Below are positions 1-8,932 of a stretch of DNA of 61,429 bases, one piece after another. Below the pieces are notes generated by a model, which had not been told where the DNA came from, ran no database searches, and saw nothing but the letters and a program-made list of their open reading frames with translations. A program made the position numbers and the translations under genes. Each line of letters starts with the position of its first letter. Within the stretch, counting starts at the first letter, position 1. Source of the DNA: Candidatus Shapirobacteria bacterium (GTDB lineage Bacteria > Patescibacteriota > Microgenomatia > UBA12405 > BS750m-G30); NCBI GenBank assembly GCA_043817235.1, contig JBDRHA010000003.1, forward strand, positions 1 to 61,429, in the 5' to 3' direction.

Positions 1-136
1 GCCTGTGGCGGGACTGCGCTTCGCTTGAATTCCAGCACTCTGGCCTATTCAATTATCTCATTTCGCCTAACGGCGAAAGTCTGCCCCCCGCCTGTGGCGG
101 GACTGCGCTTCGCTTGAATTCCAGCACTCTGGCCTA
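1..136. repeat. Two identical 47-nt direct repeats (1-47, 90-136) around a 42-nt spacer; truncated by the window edge
   Basis: gcctgtggcgggactgcgcttcgcttgaattccagcactctggccta read at both positions without mismatch; spacer holds a hairpin tttcgcc/taac/ggcgaaa (61-78). Confidence 0.8.
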
Positions 137-164
137 ATCACTGTCATCGCGATCCCCGAGGCCG

Positions 165-275
165 GTGTCATTGCGAGCAAAGCCAAGCACCATACGACTC
201 TTGGCGAAGCGCGGCAATCTCTCAACGGGATTGCAAATTCCGTCTGAGATTTCTTCACTGCGTTCGCAATGACAC
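165..275. repeat. REP/MITE-like palindromic element bounded by 12-bp inverted repeats
   Basis: gtgtcattgcga (165-176) and its reverse complement tcgcaatgacac (264-275); inner hairpin gcaatc (214-219)/gattgc (229-234); related half-copy at 28374-28409. Confidence 0.7.
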
Positions 276-319
276 TTACTCTGTCTAGTTTAACAAAAAT
301 AGGGGATTGGGAACAAATT

Positions 320-823
320 CTAGCGACTGGACGGATAGACTTGGTCCATAATGTTAGCTATTAAATAACCCCATTTAGGATTTGGAGGCGCGTAAACAGG
401 TCCTAATTTTTGAGGCGATTTATTTTCCGGGTAAGGAGTCTTATTTAATCCTCGGGCGACTTTCTCAAATCCATCTTTCCAGCTAGCAAAATAAATATAG
501 CCCCCTCCCCAGCCAAAGGGATTAAAGCTTCCGACGATTAGTCTTTTACCAAAGCTAGATTCTAAGCCCGCAATAGCCGGAAGCAAGCGCCAGTCAAGCT
601 TGTTTTTATCAGCAACCTGGACGAAGTCAGCCGCGAAAGCAGTTAAAGGCGAATCTTTTTCCTGAAGAAAGGATTGCAAAATAAGCACCCTTTCGTCAAT
701 TTCTTGGGAAGCCAACTCCTTACTTTTCAAAGTAGCTGAGTTGCCGGATACATTAACAGCTCCCGTGCTTGCGGGAAAAGCAAAAAACAACCATAGCAAT
801 GCGACAAAAAAAAGTTTTTTCAT
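320..823 (-). CDS. Secreted peptidoglycan hydrolase-like protein (glucosaminidase/lysozyme-type)
   Basis: ORF 320-856 begins with TTG; ATG at 823 gives signal peptide MKKLFFVALLWLFFAFPASTGA; LLPAIAGLESSFG...NPFGWGG resembles the muramidase/glucosaminidase active-site helix. Confidence 0.5.
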   Translation of the reverse strand: MKKLFFVALLWLFFAFPASTGAVNVSGNSATLKSKELASQEIDERVLILQSFLQEKDSPLTAFAADFVQVADKNKLDWRLLPAIAGLESSFGKRLIVGSFNPFGWGGGYIYFASWKDGFEKVARGLNKTPYPENKSPQKLGPVYAPPNPKWGYLIANIMDQVYPSSR

Positions 824-1006
824 TTTTGGAAAAATTGATAATGAAGCAAGAATCAAAAAAATCCCAGAGTGTACTTATATAATAAGTAACCCCAGGATCT
901 GGCTTTATTATACCATATCTTGTAGTAAAGTCAAGCCTAGGCTAAAACTAGCCAGGATTCACTTTTAGGATTAAGTCCGATAGACTATAAGGTGTTTGTG
1001 GAAAAA

Positions 1007-1660
1007 TCAGTTTGAAGAACCAAAGCCCTGGCTTAGTTCTTCTAAGAATTGATTTACGCCGATTGCCCAAGAGCCGTCCGAAAGAGGGCAGTACTTAACC
1101 ATCATCTCCTCCGGCGTATCCATTCCCAAATCAACATACTCTTCTTTAAAGTAACTAATTGCCTTTTTGATTCCCACTTCGTAAGAATCAAAGCAAAGAG
1201 TTCCTCGGGAATGAATGCCAATACCCCAGCAATTAAAACAGTCTGGCGGGGTTTTTTTACATAAATTTGACTCCTGCTGAGCAATAGCCACCACCAAATA
1301 GGGATTAATGCCTGCTTCTAAGCTTTCTTGAAAAATAAGGTCGACATAGGGGAGCAATGGGGAATGATAATGCTCAAGATAGTTCTTAATCGTTAAAGGG
1401 CGGGCATCATCAACCATTATTGAAGCTCGTAAATAATCGGAATCTTTCTTTTCCTGTTCCGCCGCCAGCAAAGACTGCGAAGAAGAAAAGGCAAACGAAG
1501 GAGAAAACGACCAGCTATCCTCGCTGAAATTCGCTCTTTTTTGCCAAGAAACAAGAAGGCCGGCCTGATAAATAATAAAAAAATTCAGGAAAAGAAGAAA
1601 TAGGGGAACGGAAAACAAGAAAACGGCAATCTTGGCCAAATGTCTCTTTTTGTTCTCCAC
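1007..1660 (-). CDS. Membrane-anchored lytic transglycosylase-like protein (SLT-type)
   Basis: GTG start, N-terminal TM helix (IAVFLFSVPLFLLFLNFFII), VVAIAQQESNLC catalytic Glu-Ser motif typical of the SLT family. Confidence 0.5.
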   Translation of the reverse strand: MENKKRHLAKIAVFLFSVPLFLLFLNFFIIYQAGLLVSWQKRANFSEDSWSFSPSFAFSSSQSLLAAEQEKKDSDYLRASIMVDDARPLTIKNYLEHYHSPLLPYVDLIFQESLEAGINPYLVVAIAQQESNLCKKTPPDCFNCWGIGIHSRGTLCFDSYEVGIKKAISYFKEEYVDLGMDTPEEMMVKYCPLSDGSWAIGVNQFLEELSQGFGSSN

Positions 1661-1739
1661 TTCTTTTTAGATAGTGACATAATTAAATAATCTTGTCAAA
1701 CATTGACTCTCGTGCCCCCTTTAAGCTAATATAGGGACA

Positions 1740-2591
1740 GTGAAAGACAAAACAGAGCTCAAGTGGCTGGACAAATCAACTTTTGAGCTGAACGCAACCA
1801 TTTCTCAAGAAAAGATTGAAAAAGAGTACCAGAAGGCCTTAAAGGAGCTGGCCCAAAATGTTTCCCTTCCCGGATTTCGCAAGGGGAAAGCCCCCTGGTC
1901 TCAAATAGAAAAAAAGCTGGGAAAAGAAGCCATTTATCAAGAAGTAATCAAAAAAGCCATTCCCCAAGTTTATCAGGAAGCAATAACCGAGCATCACCTT
2001 AAGCCCATTGCCGAGCCAAAAGTTAGCCTGGTTTCGGCCAAAGAGAAAAAAGACTGGAAAGTAAAAATTGTTTCTTGCATTCTTCCTCATATAGGCTTAG
2101 GCAAATATAAAGAGGAAATAAGAAAATTATCAGCCAGCGCCAAAATCTGGACCCCGGGAAAAGAAACCAAAGAGCCTGCACCCGAAAAAAAACAAAAACA
2201 AGAAGAAGAAAGACTCTCTTTAGTCATCAAAAAATTATTGGAGGTAGTAAAAACAGAGCTTCCTTCTTTTTTAATAGAAAGCGAAGAACAAAAAAGAATG
2301 GTTTCTTTAATTGATCAACTTCAAAAAGCAAATTTAACCATTGACCAGTATCTTTCTACCAAAAACCAAACCATTGAGCAACTAAAGGGGGAAATAGTTA
2401 AACAGATCAAATCCGACTGGACCCTGGAACTGGTGCTCGAAGAGATAGCCGATCAGGAAAAGATACAAGTCAGCCAAGAAGATCTTCAAAAAGCCTTAGC
2501 TAAAGGCAAAAAAGAACCAAAAGTCAATCCATATTTACTTGCTCGTTTTTTGCGAAGGCAAAAAACTCTTGAGTTTTTACTAAGCCTGTAA
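1740..2591 (+). CDS. tig: Trigger factor, short form lacking the PPIase domain
   Basis: Signature LPGFRKGKAP in the N-terminal ribosome-binding domain; C-terminal arm-like region; 283 aa; GTG start. Confidence 0.8.
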   Translation: MKDKTELKWLDKSTFELNATISQEKIEKEYQKALKELAQNVSLPGFRKGKAPWSQIEKKLGKEAIYQEVIKKAIPQVYQEAITEHHLKPIAEPKVSLVSAKEKKDWKVKIVSCILPHIGLGKYKEEIRKLSASAKIWTPGKETKEPAPEKKQKQEEERLSLVIKKLLEVVKTELPSFLIESEEQKRMVSLIDQLQKANLTIDQYLSTKNQTIEQLKGEIVKQIKSDWTLELVLEEIADQEKIQVSQEDLQKALAKGKKEPKVNPYLLARFLRRQKTLEFLLSL

Positions 2592-2605
2592 TATAATTGT
2601 GCATT

Positions 2606-3139
2606 ATGGCTCAAGATAATAATCAAAATCCTAAAAAAGGCCAGATTAATAGGAATTTTTTGGAGATGTTAAAAAATTCCCCAACAGCTTTTCCCCAAAG
2701 GTCTCTTTCTGAAACTCAAGCGTACCGGGAAAACTACTTGAGAGGAATCTTTAGCGAAAGAGTTAAAAAAAGCGAAAAAGAGATATATAACGGAAAAACC
2801 CGCCAGCTAGAGCGGGAAACTCAAACCTTGCTGAAAGAAACCCAAAAAGAACTTAAGGAGCTTAAAAAAACTAGAGCTTCCTTAGCCAAGGAAGTAGAAA
2901 AGGCAGTTTTTTCGCCTCCCAAAAAAACTACGCCTTATTTTTTAAGCTTTTTATTGCATCTTAAAAGCATTCTCTTGCAGTCTCGCGAAATACTGGAAAA
3001 CTCCGCTACCTGGCTTTCTGCTCAAAACACGCGCAGTGCTAAAAAGGGAGCTTTTTGGGGCACTTTCTTAAATAAGAAAAAGGGCGGAACTCAATTTTTG
3101 CTTTCCAATGAGCACTACATGGCTCGCTCGGCAGGCTAA
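2606..3139 (+). CDS. Hypothetical protein, Lys/Glu-rich coiled-coil N-half
   Basis: Long ORF in the operon gap between tig and thrS; ATG at 2606 preferred over TTG at 2597; no recognisable motif. Confidence 0.5.
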   Translation: MAQDNNQNPKKGQINRNFLEMLKNSPTAFPQRSLSETQAYRENYLRGIFSERVKKSEKEIYNGKTRQLERETQTLLKETQKELKELKKTRASLAKEVEKAVFSPPKKTTPYFLSFLLHLKSILLQSREILENSATWLSAQNTRSAKKGAFWGTFLNKKKGGTQFLLSNEHYMARSAG

Positions 3140-3192
3140 GTGTAAAATTCTCTCCCTGGTTTTTTTAGTACTAAAATTATATATTTAATAAG

Positions 3193-4959
3193 GTGAATAA
3201 ACAAAAAAAAGAAAATAATCTAGTTGCCTTGCGCCACTCGTGCGAGCATGTCCTAATGATGGCTATGCAAAATCTTTGGCCAAACAAAATTATTATGGCC
3301 ATGGGCCCCGCCACCGAACAGGGTTTTTATTTTGATTTTGAGGCTAAAAACAAACTTAAAATTTCCGAAGACGATTTCCCGAAAATAGAAAAGGAAATGC
3401 AAAAAATAATTTCCCAAAAACTCCCCATTCAAAAAGAAGAAATTTCTTTAAAAGAAGCGAGAAAACTTTTTAAAAATAATTCCTATAAACAAGAATGGCT
3501 GGATGAGATTGAAGAAAGGGGAGGAAGGCCAACTGTTTTTTGGGTTGGGAAAAAATTTGTTGACTTATGCGCTGGCCCTCATCTTAAAAATACCCAAGAG
3601 ATTAAGGCTTTTAAGCTTATGTCTGTTGCCGGAGCTTACTGGCGGGGGAGCGAAAAGAATAAAATGCTTATCCGCGTCTACGGCACCTGTTTTTTTGATC
3701 AAAAACAACTTAATAGCTATTTAAATATGATTCAGTTGGCCAAAGAAAGAGATCACCGTAAAATAGGCCAAGAACTTGACTGGTTTTCCTTTAATCCGGC
3801 AGCTCCCGGAGATATTTTTTGGCACGATAAAGGGTGGACAATAATGCGCCTAATGTATGATTATTGGCGAGAAATCCACCAAAAAGAAGGATATCAGGAG
3901 GTAAGAACTCCGGAAATATTAACAAGAAAAACCTGGGATCAAAGCGGCCATACTGGCTTTTTTTTGGAAAAAATGTACCGGACATTAAGCCCCAAGGCAA
4001 AAGAATGGGACTTGGCCATTAAGCCCATGAATTGCGACGGCGGCATTTTAATTTATAAGTCCCGACCGCGTTCTTACCGCGAATTTCCTTTGCGAATGGG
4101 TGAGTTGGGCGTGGTTCACCGCTATGAGTCTTCCGGCGAATTACATGGTATCTTAAGACCTAGAGAATTCACTCAAGACGATGCTCATATTTATTGCACG
4201 CCCGGGCAAGTCAAAGAGGAATTAAAAAGAGTGATTAGTCTATGCTTTGGGGTTTATAAAACTTTTGGCCTGGAGCTAGACCACCTAGAGCTCTCCACTA
4301 GGCCAAAAAAATTCATCGGCTCTAAAGAAGTTTGGCAAAAAGCAGAAGCGATTATGCTTAAGGTGTTAAAAGAAACCCAGGTTCCTTATCAAATTAATAA
4401 AGGCGAGGGTGCCTTTTACGGCCCAAAATTTGACTTTCACCTGAAAGACAGTTTAGCCCGCACTTGGCAGTGCTCTACAATCCAACTGGATTTCGCCCAG
4501 CCGGAAAATTTTAAACTGGAATATGCTAGCCCCAAATCCACCAAGAAGCGCCCGGTAATGATTCATCGCGTACTTTACGGATCAGTAGAAAGATTCTTAG
4601 GTATTGTTATTGAGCATTACGCTGGAAATTTACCCGTTTGGCTAATGCCTGTTCAGGTGCGTATTTTAGCTATTAGCGAGAAACAACTGGTCTACGCTCA
4701 AAAAATTAAAGAGAAATTAATAAAAAATAATATCCGGGCCGAATTAGATGAAAGCAGCCAAACCCTCTCTTATAAAGTAAGGCAAGCGCAAAGGGGAAAA
4801 ATACCCTTCTTTTTGATTGTCGGCTCCAAGGAAGAAAAAGAGCAAAAAATAACTCTCCGCCAGCGGGACGGCAAAGAACAATCTTCTTTGTCTTTAAATG
4901 AATTTGTCGAGAGTGTTAGAAAAATAATAAAATCAAAATCTTTAAAACTAATTGCATAA
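3193..4959 (+). CDS. thrS: Threonyl-tRNA synthetase (no N-terminal TGS domain)
   Basis: RHSCEHVLMMAMQNLWP editing-domain HxxxH motif at residue 14, class II core (FPLRMGELGVVHRYE, FTQDDAHIY, GAFYGPKFD), C-terminal anticodon-binding domain. Confidence 0.9.
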   Translation: MNKQKKENNLVALRHSCEHVLMMAMQNLWPNKIIMAMGPATEQGFYFDFEAKNKLKISEDDFPKIEKEMQKIISQKLPIQKEEISLKEARKLFKNNSYKQEWLDEIEERGGRPTVFWVGKKFVDLCAGPHLKNTQEIKAFKLMSVAGAYWRGSEKNKMLIRVYGTCFFDQKQLNSYLNMIQLAKERDHRKIGQELDWFSFNPAAPGDIFWHDKGWTIMRLMYDYWREIHQKEGYQEVRTPEILTRKTWDQSGHTGFFLEKMYRTLSPKAKEWDLAIKPMNCDGGILIYKSRPRSYREFPLRMGELGVVHRYESSGELHGILRPREFTQDDAHIYCTPGQVKEELKRVISLCFGVYKTFGLELDHLELSTRPKKFIGSKEVWQKAEAIMLKVLKETQVPYQINKGEGAFYGPKFDFHLKDSLARTWQCSTIQLDFAQPENFKLEYASPKSTKKRPVMIHRVLYGSVERFLGIVIEHYAGNLPVWLMPVQVRILAISEKQLVYAQKIKEKLIKNNIRAELDESSQTLSYKVRQAQRGKIPFFLIVGSKEEKEQKITLRQRDGKEQSSLSLNEFVESVRKIIKSKSLKLIA

Positions 4960-4995
4960 AAATATGATTCATGTTAAACTTCCTCCAACAAACTA

Positions 4996-5583
4996 GTGGC
5001 TAAGTCAACAGGAATTAAAAGGGTTTTTTACCGAACAAATTGGCAAATAAGAGCTCCGGAAATCCGGCTTATTGATCAGGGAGGAAAACAGATTGGAGTT
5101 TTTTCTTTGCAAAAAGCCCGGGAAAAAGCCCAAGAGGAAGGCCTGGATCTGGTGGAAATTGCTCCAAAGGCAATCCCGCCGGTGGTAAAGCTTATTGATT
5201 ATGAAAAGTTTAAATATCAAGAGGCAAAAAGACAAAAAGAGGAAAGAAAAAAACAGGCAAAAGGAATAAAAGAAGTTCAGGCTACCCCCTTTATTGGAGA
5301 GGAAGATCTGAAAGTAAGATTAAAAAGAATTAAGAAGTTTTTAGAAAAGGGCCACCGGGTTAGAGTGGTAGTAAAATTTTTGGGCCGGCAGATTACCCAA
5401 AAATCTTATGGTTTTGATTTAATTAACAGGATTGCAGAAGAGATAGCTGGTTTTGGCGAAATAGAAGAAAAGCCAAGACTCAGAGGAAAAAGGCTGATTA
5501 CCTTTTTTAGAGCAAAAAAAGAACATGAAAAAAAACAAAAAGAAAATCAGAAAATCAGTAGCCAAGAGATTCAAGGTAACTAA
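4996..5583 (+). CDS. infC: Translation initiation factor IF-3
   Basis: IRAPEIRLIDQGGKQIGVFSLQKAREKAQEEGLDLVEIAPKAIPPVVKLIDYEKFKY matches the IF-3 N and C domains; non-ATG start (GTG) is usual for infC. Confidence 0.9.
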   Translation: MAKSTGIKRVFYRTNWQIRAPEIRLIDQGGKQIGVFSLQKAREKAQEEGLDLVEIAPKAIPPVVKLIDYEKFKYQEAKRQKEERKKQAKGIKEVQATPFIGEEDLKVRLKRIKKFLEKGHRVRVVVKFLGRQITQKSYGFDLINRIAEEIAGFGEIEEKPRLRGKRLITFFRAKKEHEKKQKENQKISSQEIQGN

Positions 5584-5728
5584 AACTGGTAAAGTTTTGC
5601 GCCTTTCCTCTTTTACCGGCCACTTAAGAAGAAAAAAAAGCAGTAAACAAAAAAGAAGATTAAGAAAACCTAAAGTAGTAACCGGAGCTACAGCCAAAAA
5701 AGTTAAAAAAATGCTTGGTTATAAATAA
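5525..5728 (+). CDS. rpmI: Ribosomal protein L35
   Basis: KSVAKRFKVTKTGKV...HLRRKKSSKQKRRLRK; canonical infC-rpmI-rplT order; overlaps the infC tail by 59 nt. Confidence 0.85.
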   Translation: MKKNKKKIRKSVAKRFKVTKTGKVLRLSSFTGHLRRKKSSKQKRRLRKPKVVTGATAKKVKKMLGYK

Positions 5729-5737
5729 ATATTAACT

Positions 5738-6124
5738 ATGAGAGTAAAAACTGGAACAACCCGAAGAAAAAGACACAAAAAAATCATCAAGCTGGCCAAG
5801 GGCTACCGAATGACTAAGAGCCGGCTTTACAAAGTAGCTCACGAAGCGGTTATGCATGCTGGGGAATATGCTTTTCATGGCCGAAAAAGAAGAAAGCGGG
5901 ACTTGCGTCGCCTTTGGATTGTCAGGATCAATGCTGCCGTCAGAGAGCATAGCCTTAGCTACTCTCAATTTATAAAAAAGTTGGATAAAGCGAATATCAA
6001 CCTTAACCGGCAAATGCTTTCTTACCTTGCTTTATTTGAACCTAAAGTTTTTGAAGCAGTTGTTGATAAAATAAATGAAAAAAAACTTAATAGAATTAGA
6101 GAAAAAGTGTCAAAAGCTTATTAA
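5738..6124 (+). CDS. rplT: Ribosomal protein L20
   Basis: MRVKTGTTRRKRHKKIIKLAKGYR... Confidence 0.95.
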   Translation: MRVKTGTTRRKRHKKIIKLAKGYRMTKSRLYKVAHEAVMHAGEYAFHGRKRRKRDLRRLWIVRINAAVREHSLSYSQFIKKLDKANINLNRQMLSYLALFEPKVFEAVVDKINEKKLNRIREKVSKAY

Positions 6125-7085
6125 GCAAGCTAATTCTTCTTACGACCTTGAAAAGATTAGGATAAAACTTTTAGGCCGCAAAGGCTTGGCTAATCAGCTC
6201 TTTGCCGATTTGGCAAAAACACCTCTGAAAAAGAGAAAAAGGCTTGGCAGAAAAATTAATCTGCTTAAAAATAATTGGCAGGAGTTAATTGAAAGCCAAG
6301 AAAAAATTATCAAGCCTCAAAAAATCAAAAAAGAAAAAGAAGAGTTAAAGCAAATAACCCTAGTTAAATACGGACACCTGCATCCAATTACAGTAACAAT
6401 TAGAGAAATAAATCAGTTATTTAAAAAAATTGGCTTTTCTGTTTATGACGGGCCAGAAATAGAAACTGATGAATATTGTTTCTTGCGCTTAAATGTTCCT
6501 CAGAATCATCCAGCCCGTGATCTTCAGGACACGATTTACATTCAAAAACCGGAAATCTTACTTCGCACTCAAACTTCTTCTGTTGAGGCCCATCTGCTGG
6601 AAAACGAAAAGCCTCCATTTCGTGCAGTTATTCCTGGACGGGTTTATCGCTTTGAAAAGGTTACTAAAAGCAATCACTTTATTTTTCATCATTATCAAGG
6701 GGTCGCCGTTGATAAAAATTTGAACCTCAAAGACCTGGTCGGCCTTTTTCAGCTTCTTTTTGAACACATATATGGCCCTAAGGTGGCTGTGCGCTATCGC
6801 TGTAAATACTATCCGGAAGTAGAGCCCGGATTAGGACTAGATATTCGCTGTTTTAGCTGCCAAGGAAAGGGCTGTCCTTTATGCAAAAATGTTGGCTGGA
6901 TAGAAATGGGCGGATCCGGCATTATTCACCCGAAAGTAATGGAAAAAGCCGGCCTTAATCCCAAAAAATGGCGCGGGTTAGCTTTTGGTTTAGGCCTGGA
7001 CCGCTGGGCCATGGCCAAATACAATATTAAAGATATTCGCACGCTTACCGGCGGCAATTTAACCTATTTGCCATATCAACCATGA
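6075..7085 (+). CDS. pheS: Phenylalanyl-tRNA synthetase alpha subunit
   Basis: HPITVTIREI, NHPARDLQDTIY, class II motifs, GSGIIHPKV...FGLGLDRWAM. Confidence 0.9.
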   Translation: MKKNLIELEKKCQKLIKQANSSYDLEKIRIKLLGRKGLANQLFADLAKTPLKKRKRLGRKINLLKNNWQELIESQEKIIKPQKIKKEKEELKQITLVKYGHLHPITVTIREINQLFKKIGFSVYDGPEIETDEYCFLRLNVPQNHPARDLQDTIYIQKPEILLRTQTSSVEAHLLENEKPPFRAVIPGRVYRFEKVTKSNHFIFHHYQGVAVDKNLNLKDLVGLFQLLFEHIYGPKVAVRYRCKYYPEVEPGLGLDIRCFSCQGKGCPLCKNVGWIEMGGSGIIHPKVMEKAGLNPKKWRGLAFGLGLDRWAMAKYNIKDIRTLTGGNLTYLPYQP

Positions 7086-8932
7086 AAATTATTTATTCTC
7101 ATCTAAAAAACTTTTTGCCGAGCCTAGACATTCCGGCTAAAAAACTGGCCGACGACTTAACTCTGATTGGCCATTTTTGTGACGGATTGACCCAAAAACA
7201 GGGAGAAACAATCATTAGTTTAGAAGTGCGCCAGAACAGGGGAGACTGCCTCGGTTATTTAGGAATTGCCAAAGACCTGGCGGTTTTTTATGACCTTAAG
7301 CTAGATATGCCCCTCATAAGCTTACCTCCAATTTCCCGGCCGAAAGACCTAGATATCCAGATCAAAGCAAAAAAAATTGTGGAAAGAGTGATGGCCATAC
7401 GCATCTCCGATCTTAAAAACCGGCCTTCGCCCGCTTGGCTGAAAAAATTCTTATTCTTGCATGACATTAATTCCCTTAATACTCTTATTGACCTAACTAA
7501 TTATATTGCCTTGCTCTATGGAATTCCCTGCCATGCCTTTGATACAAAGAAAATGGGGCAAAAACTGGTTTGGGAAATAAATAAAGGTCAATATAAAACA
7601 ATCAGCACTTTTGAAGAAACTAAACTTGATTTAAAAAAAGGCGATTTTCTGATTACCAATGAGAAAGAAGCGGTCAGCCTTTCTTTTATTGGAGGGAAAA
7701 ATTCAGGCATTGATCTTAATACTCAAGAAACAATCATGGAAATGGCCGACTACGACCGGGCAGCAATCAGAAAAGAATGCAGAAAGTTTAATATCATCAC
7801 TGAAGCGGGAATCCGGCTGGAAAAAGACCTTGACCCGGAGCTTATCCCTCAATCCTTTAATCACTTAATCATGCTTGTTTTAAGGCACTGCGGCGGGAAA
7901 ATAAGCAGTAACTGCTCTGACTTTTATTTACATAAAGTCAAAATACCTAAAATTCCTTTTGGCCCGCAAAAACCAAAGGACTTTAGCGGAATTAACATTT
8001 CTGCCAAATTCTCTCTTCAAATATTAAAGCGACTGGGGTGCCAAGTAGAAAAAAAAGGGAAAAAATATCTTGTAATTCCACCCTCTTTAAGGCCTGATTT
8101 AGGCCTGGAAGAAGACTTAATAGAGGAGGTTCTCCGCTTCTATGGCTATGATAAAATTCCGACTAATCAGCCGTTGGCTCCCAAAAAACTTAGGGATATC
8201 ACTCCTAAAATAATTTATTTAATAGAAGTCTGCGCTAATATATTTATTAAAATGGGCTATGATGAAATCCGCTCCTGGCCTTTGACTAGTAAAAAGGGGT
8301 CAATTAAGGTTCTGAACAGTCCGGATTCCCGCCGACCTTATTTGCGCGCTTCAATGATTTCTTCTCTTCTTGCTCAAGCTCGGCAATACCAAAAGTATAA
8401 GGTCCGGCCCCTGCATTTTTTTGAAGTAGGTAAAACCTTTAGCCAAGTGTCTAAAAAATTTGAAGAAGTCTACTCTCTGGGCCTTTGCCAAGAAAATAAG
8501 CAAGCGCTTAAAAAAGACATTGAAGAATTTTCAGCCGCCTTAGGAGTAAAACCGATTGCCTCTTTGACCGAGAAAAAAGGACTAGCCTTAGCGGAAATTA
8601 ACTTAAACGAGCTCTTAAAAATTATTAAAAGATGGCCAAAAATAAAAAATCCAGAATCTAATCAGAATAGCGTAGTAGAACTTAATAAACAAATCATCTC
8701 CCTAGATGCCAACGTTGTTTTGGGCCAAAAGAAAAAACCCGAAGAAATAATTAAAAAATATGCTGTAAAAGTTAGCGAGAAAAGGCTTTGGAATTTAATT
8801 ATCACTGATCTTTTTTATCAGCCAAAAACCAAAAACTACAAATATACCTTTCGTGCTTCTTATTATAATCTAGACGCCAAGGCCGCTAAAAAACTTCATT
8901 TAAGAGTCTTTGGCCTTATGGAGAAAGAGTAG
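7082..8932 (+). CDS. pheT: Phenylalanyl-tRNA synthetase beta subunit, short form
   Basis: ATGA overlap with pheS; B1 start MKIIYSHLKNFLP, NRGDCLGYLGIAKDLA, B3/4 and B5 regions, C-terminal FDX-ACB-like end; 616 aa. Confidence 0.85.
   Translation: MKIIYSHLKNFLPSLDIPAKKLADDLTLIGHFCDGLTQKQGETIISLEVRQNRGDCLGYLGIAKDLAVFYDLKLDMPLISLPPISRPKDLDIQIKAKKIVERVMAIRISDLKNRPSPAWLKKFLFLHDINSLNTLIDLTNYIALLYGIPCHAFDTKKMGQKLVWEINKGQYKTISTFEETKLDLKKGDFLITNEKEAVSLSFIGGKNSGIDLNTQETIMEMADYDRAAIRKECRKFNIITEAGIRLEKDLDPELIPQSFNHLIMLVLRHCGGKISSNCSDFYLHKVKIPKIPFGPQKPKDFSGINISAKFSLQILKRLGCQVEKKGKKYLVIPPSLRPDLGLEEDLIEEVLRFYGYDKIPTNQPLAPKKLRDITPKIIYLIEVCANIFIKMGYDEIRSWPLTSKKGSIKVLNSPDSRRPYLRASMISSLLAQARQYQKYKVRPLHFFEVGKTFSQVSKKFEEVYSLGLCQENKQALKKDIEEFSAALGVKPIASLTEKKGLALAEINLNELLKIIKRWPKIKNPESNQNSVVELNKQIISLDANVVLGQKKKPEEIIKKYAVKVSEKRLWNLIITDLFYQPKTKNYKYTFRASYYNLDAKAAKKLHLRVFGLMEKE

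Noticed and set aside
1-136. Possible CRISPR array (47-nt repeats, 42-nt spacer)
   Set aside because: Only two copies are visible. The repeat is longer than the usual 28-37 nt. The spacer is itself a perfect hairpin and sits in REP-like context, and there are no cas genes in the window. It cannot be fully excluded because the window truncates the array.
67-258. 63-aa ORF on the minus strand
   Set aside because: It is a read-through of the direct and inverted repeats (LLAMT/IAMT peptides come from the cattgcga motif). There is no start context or coding signal.
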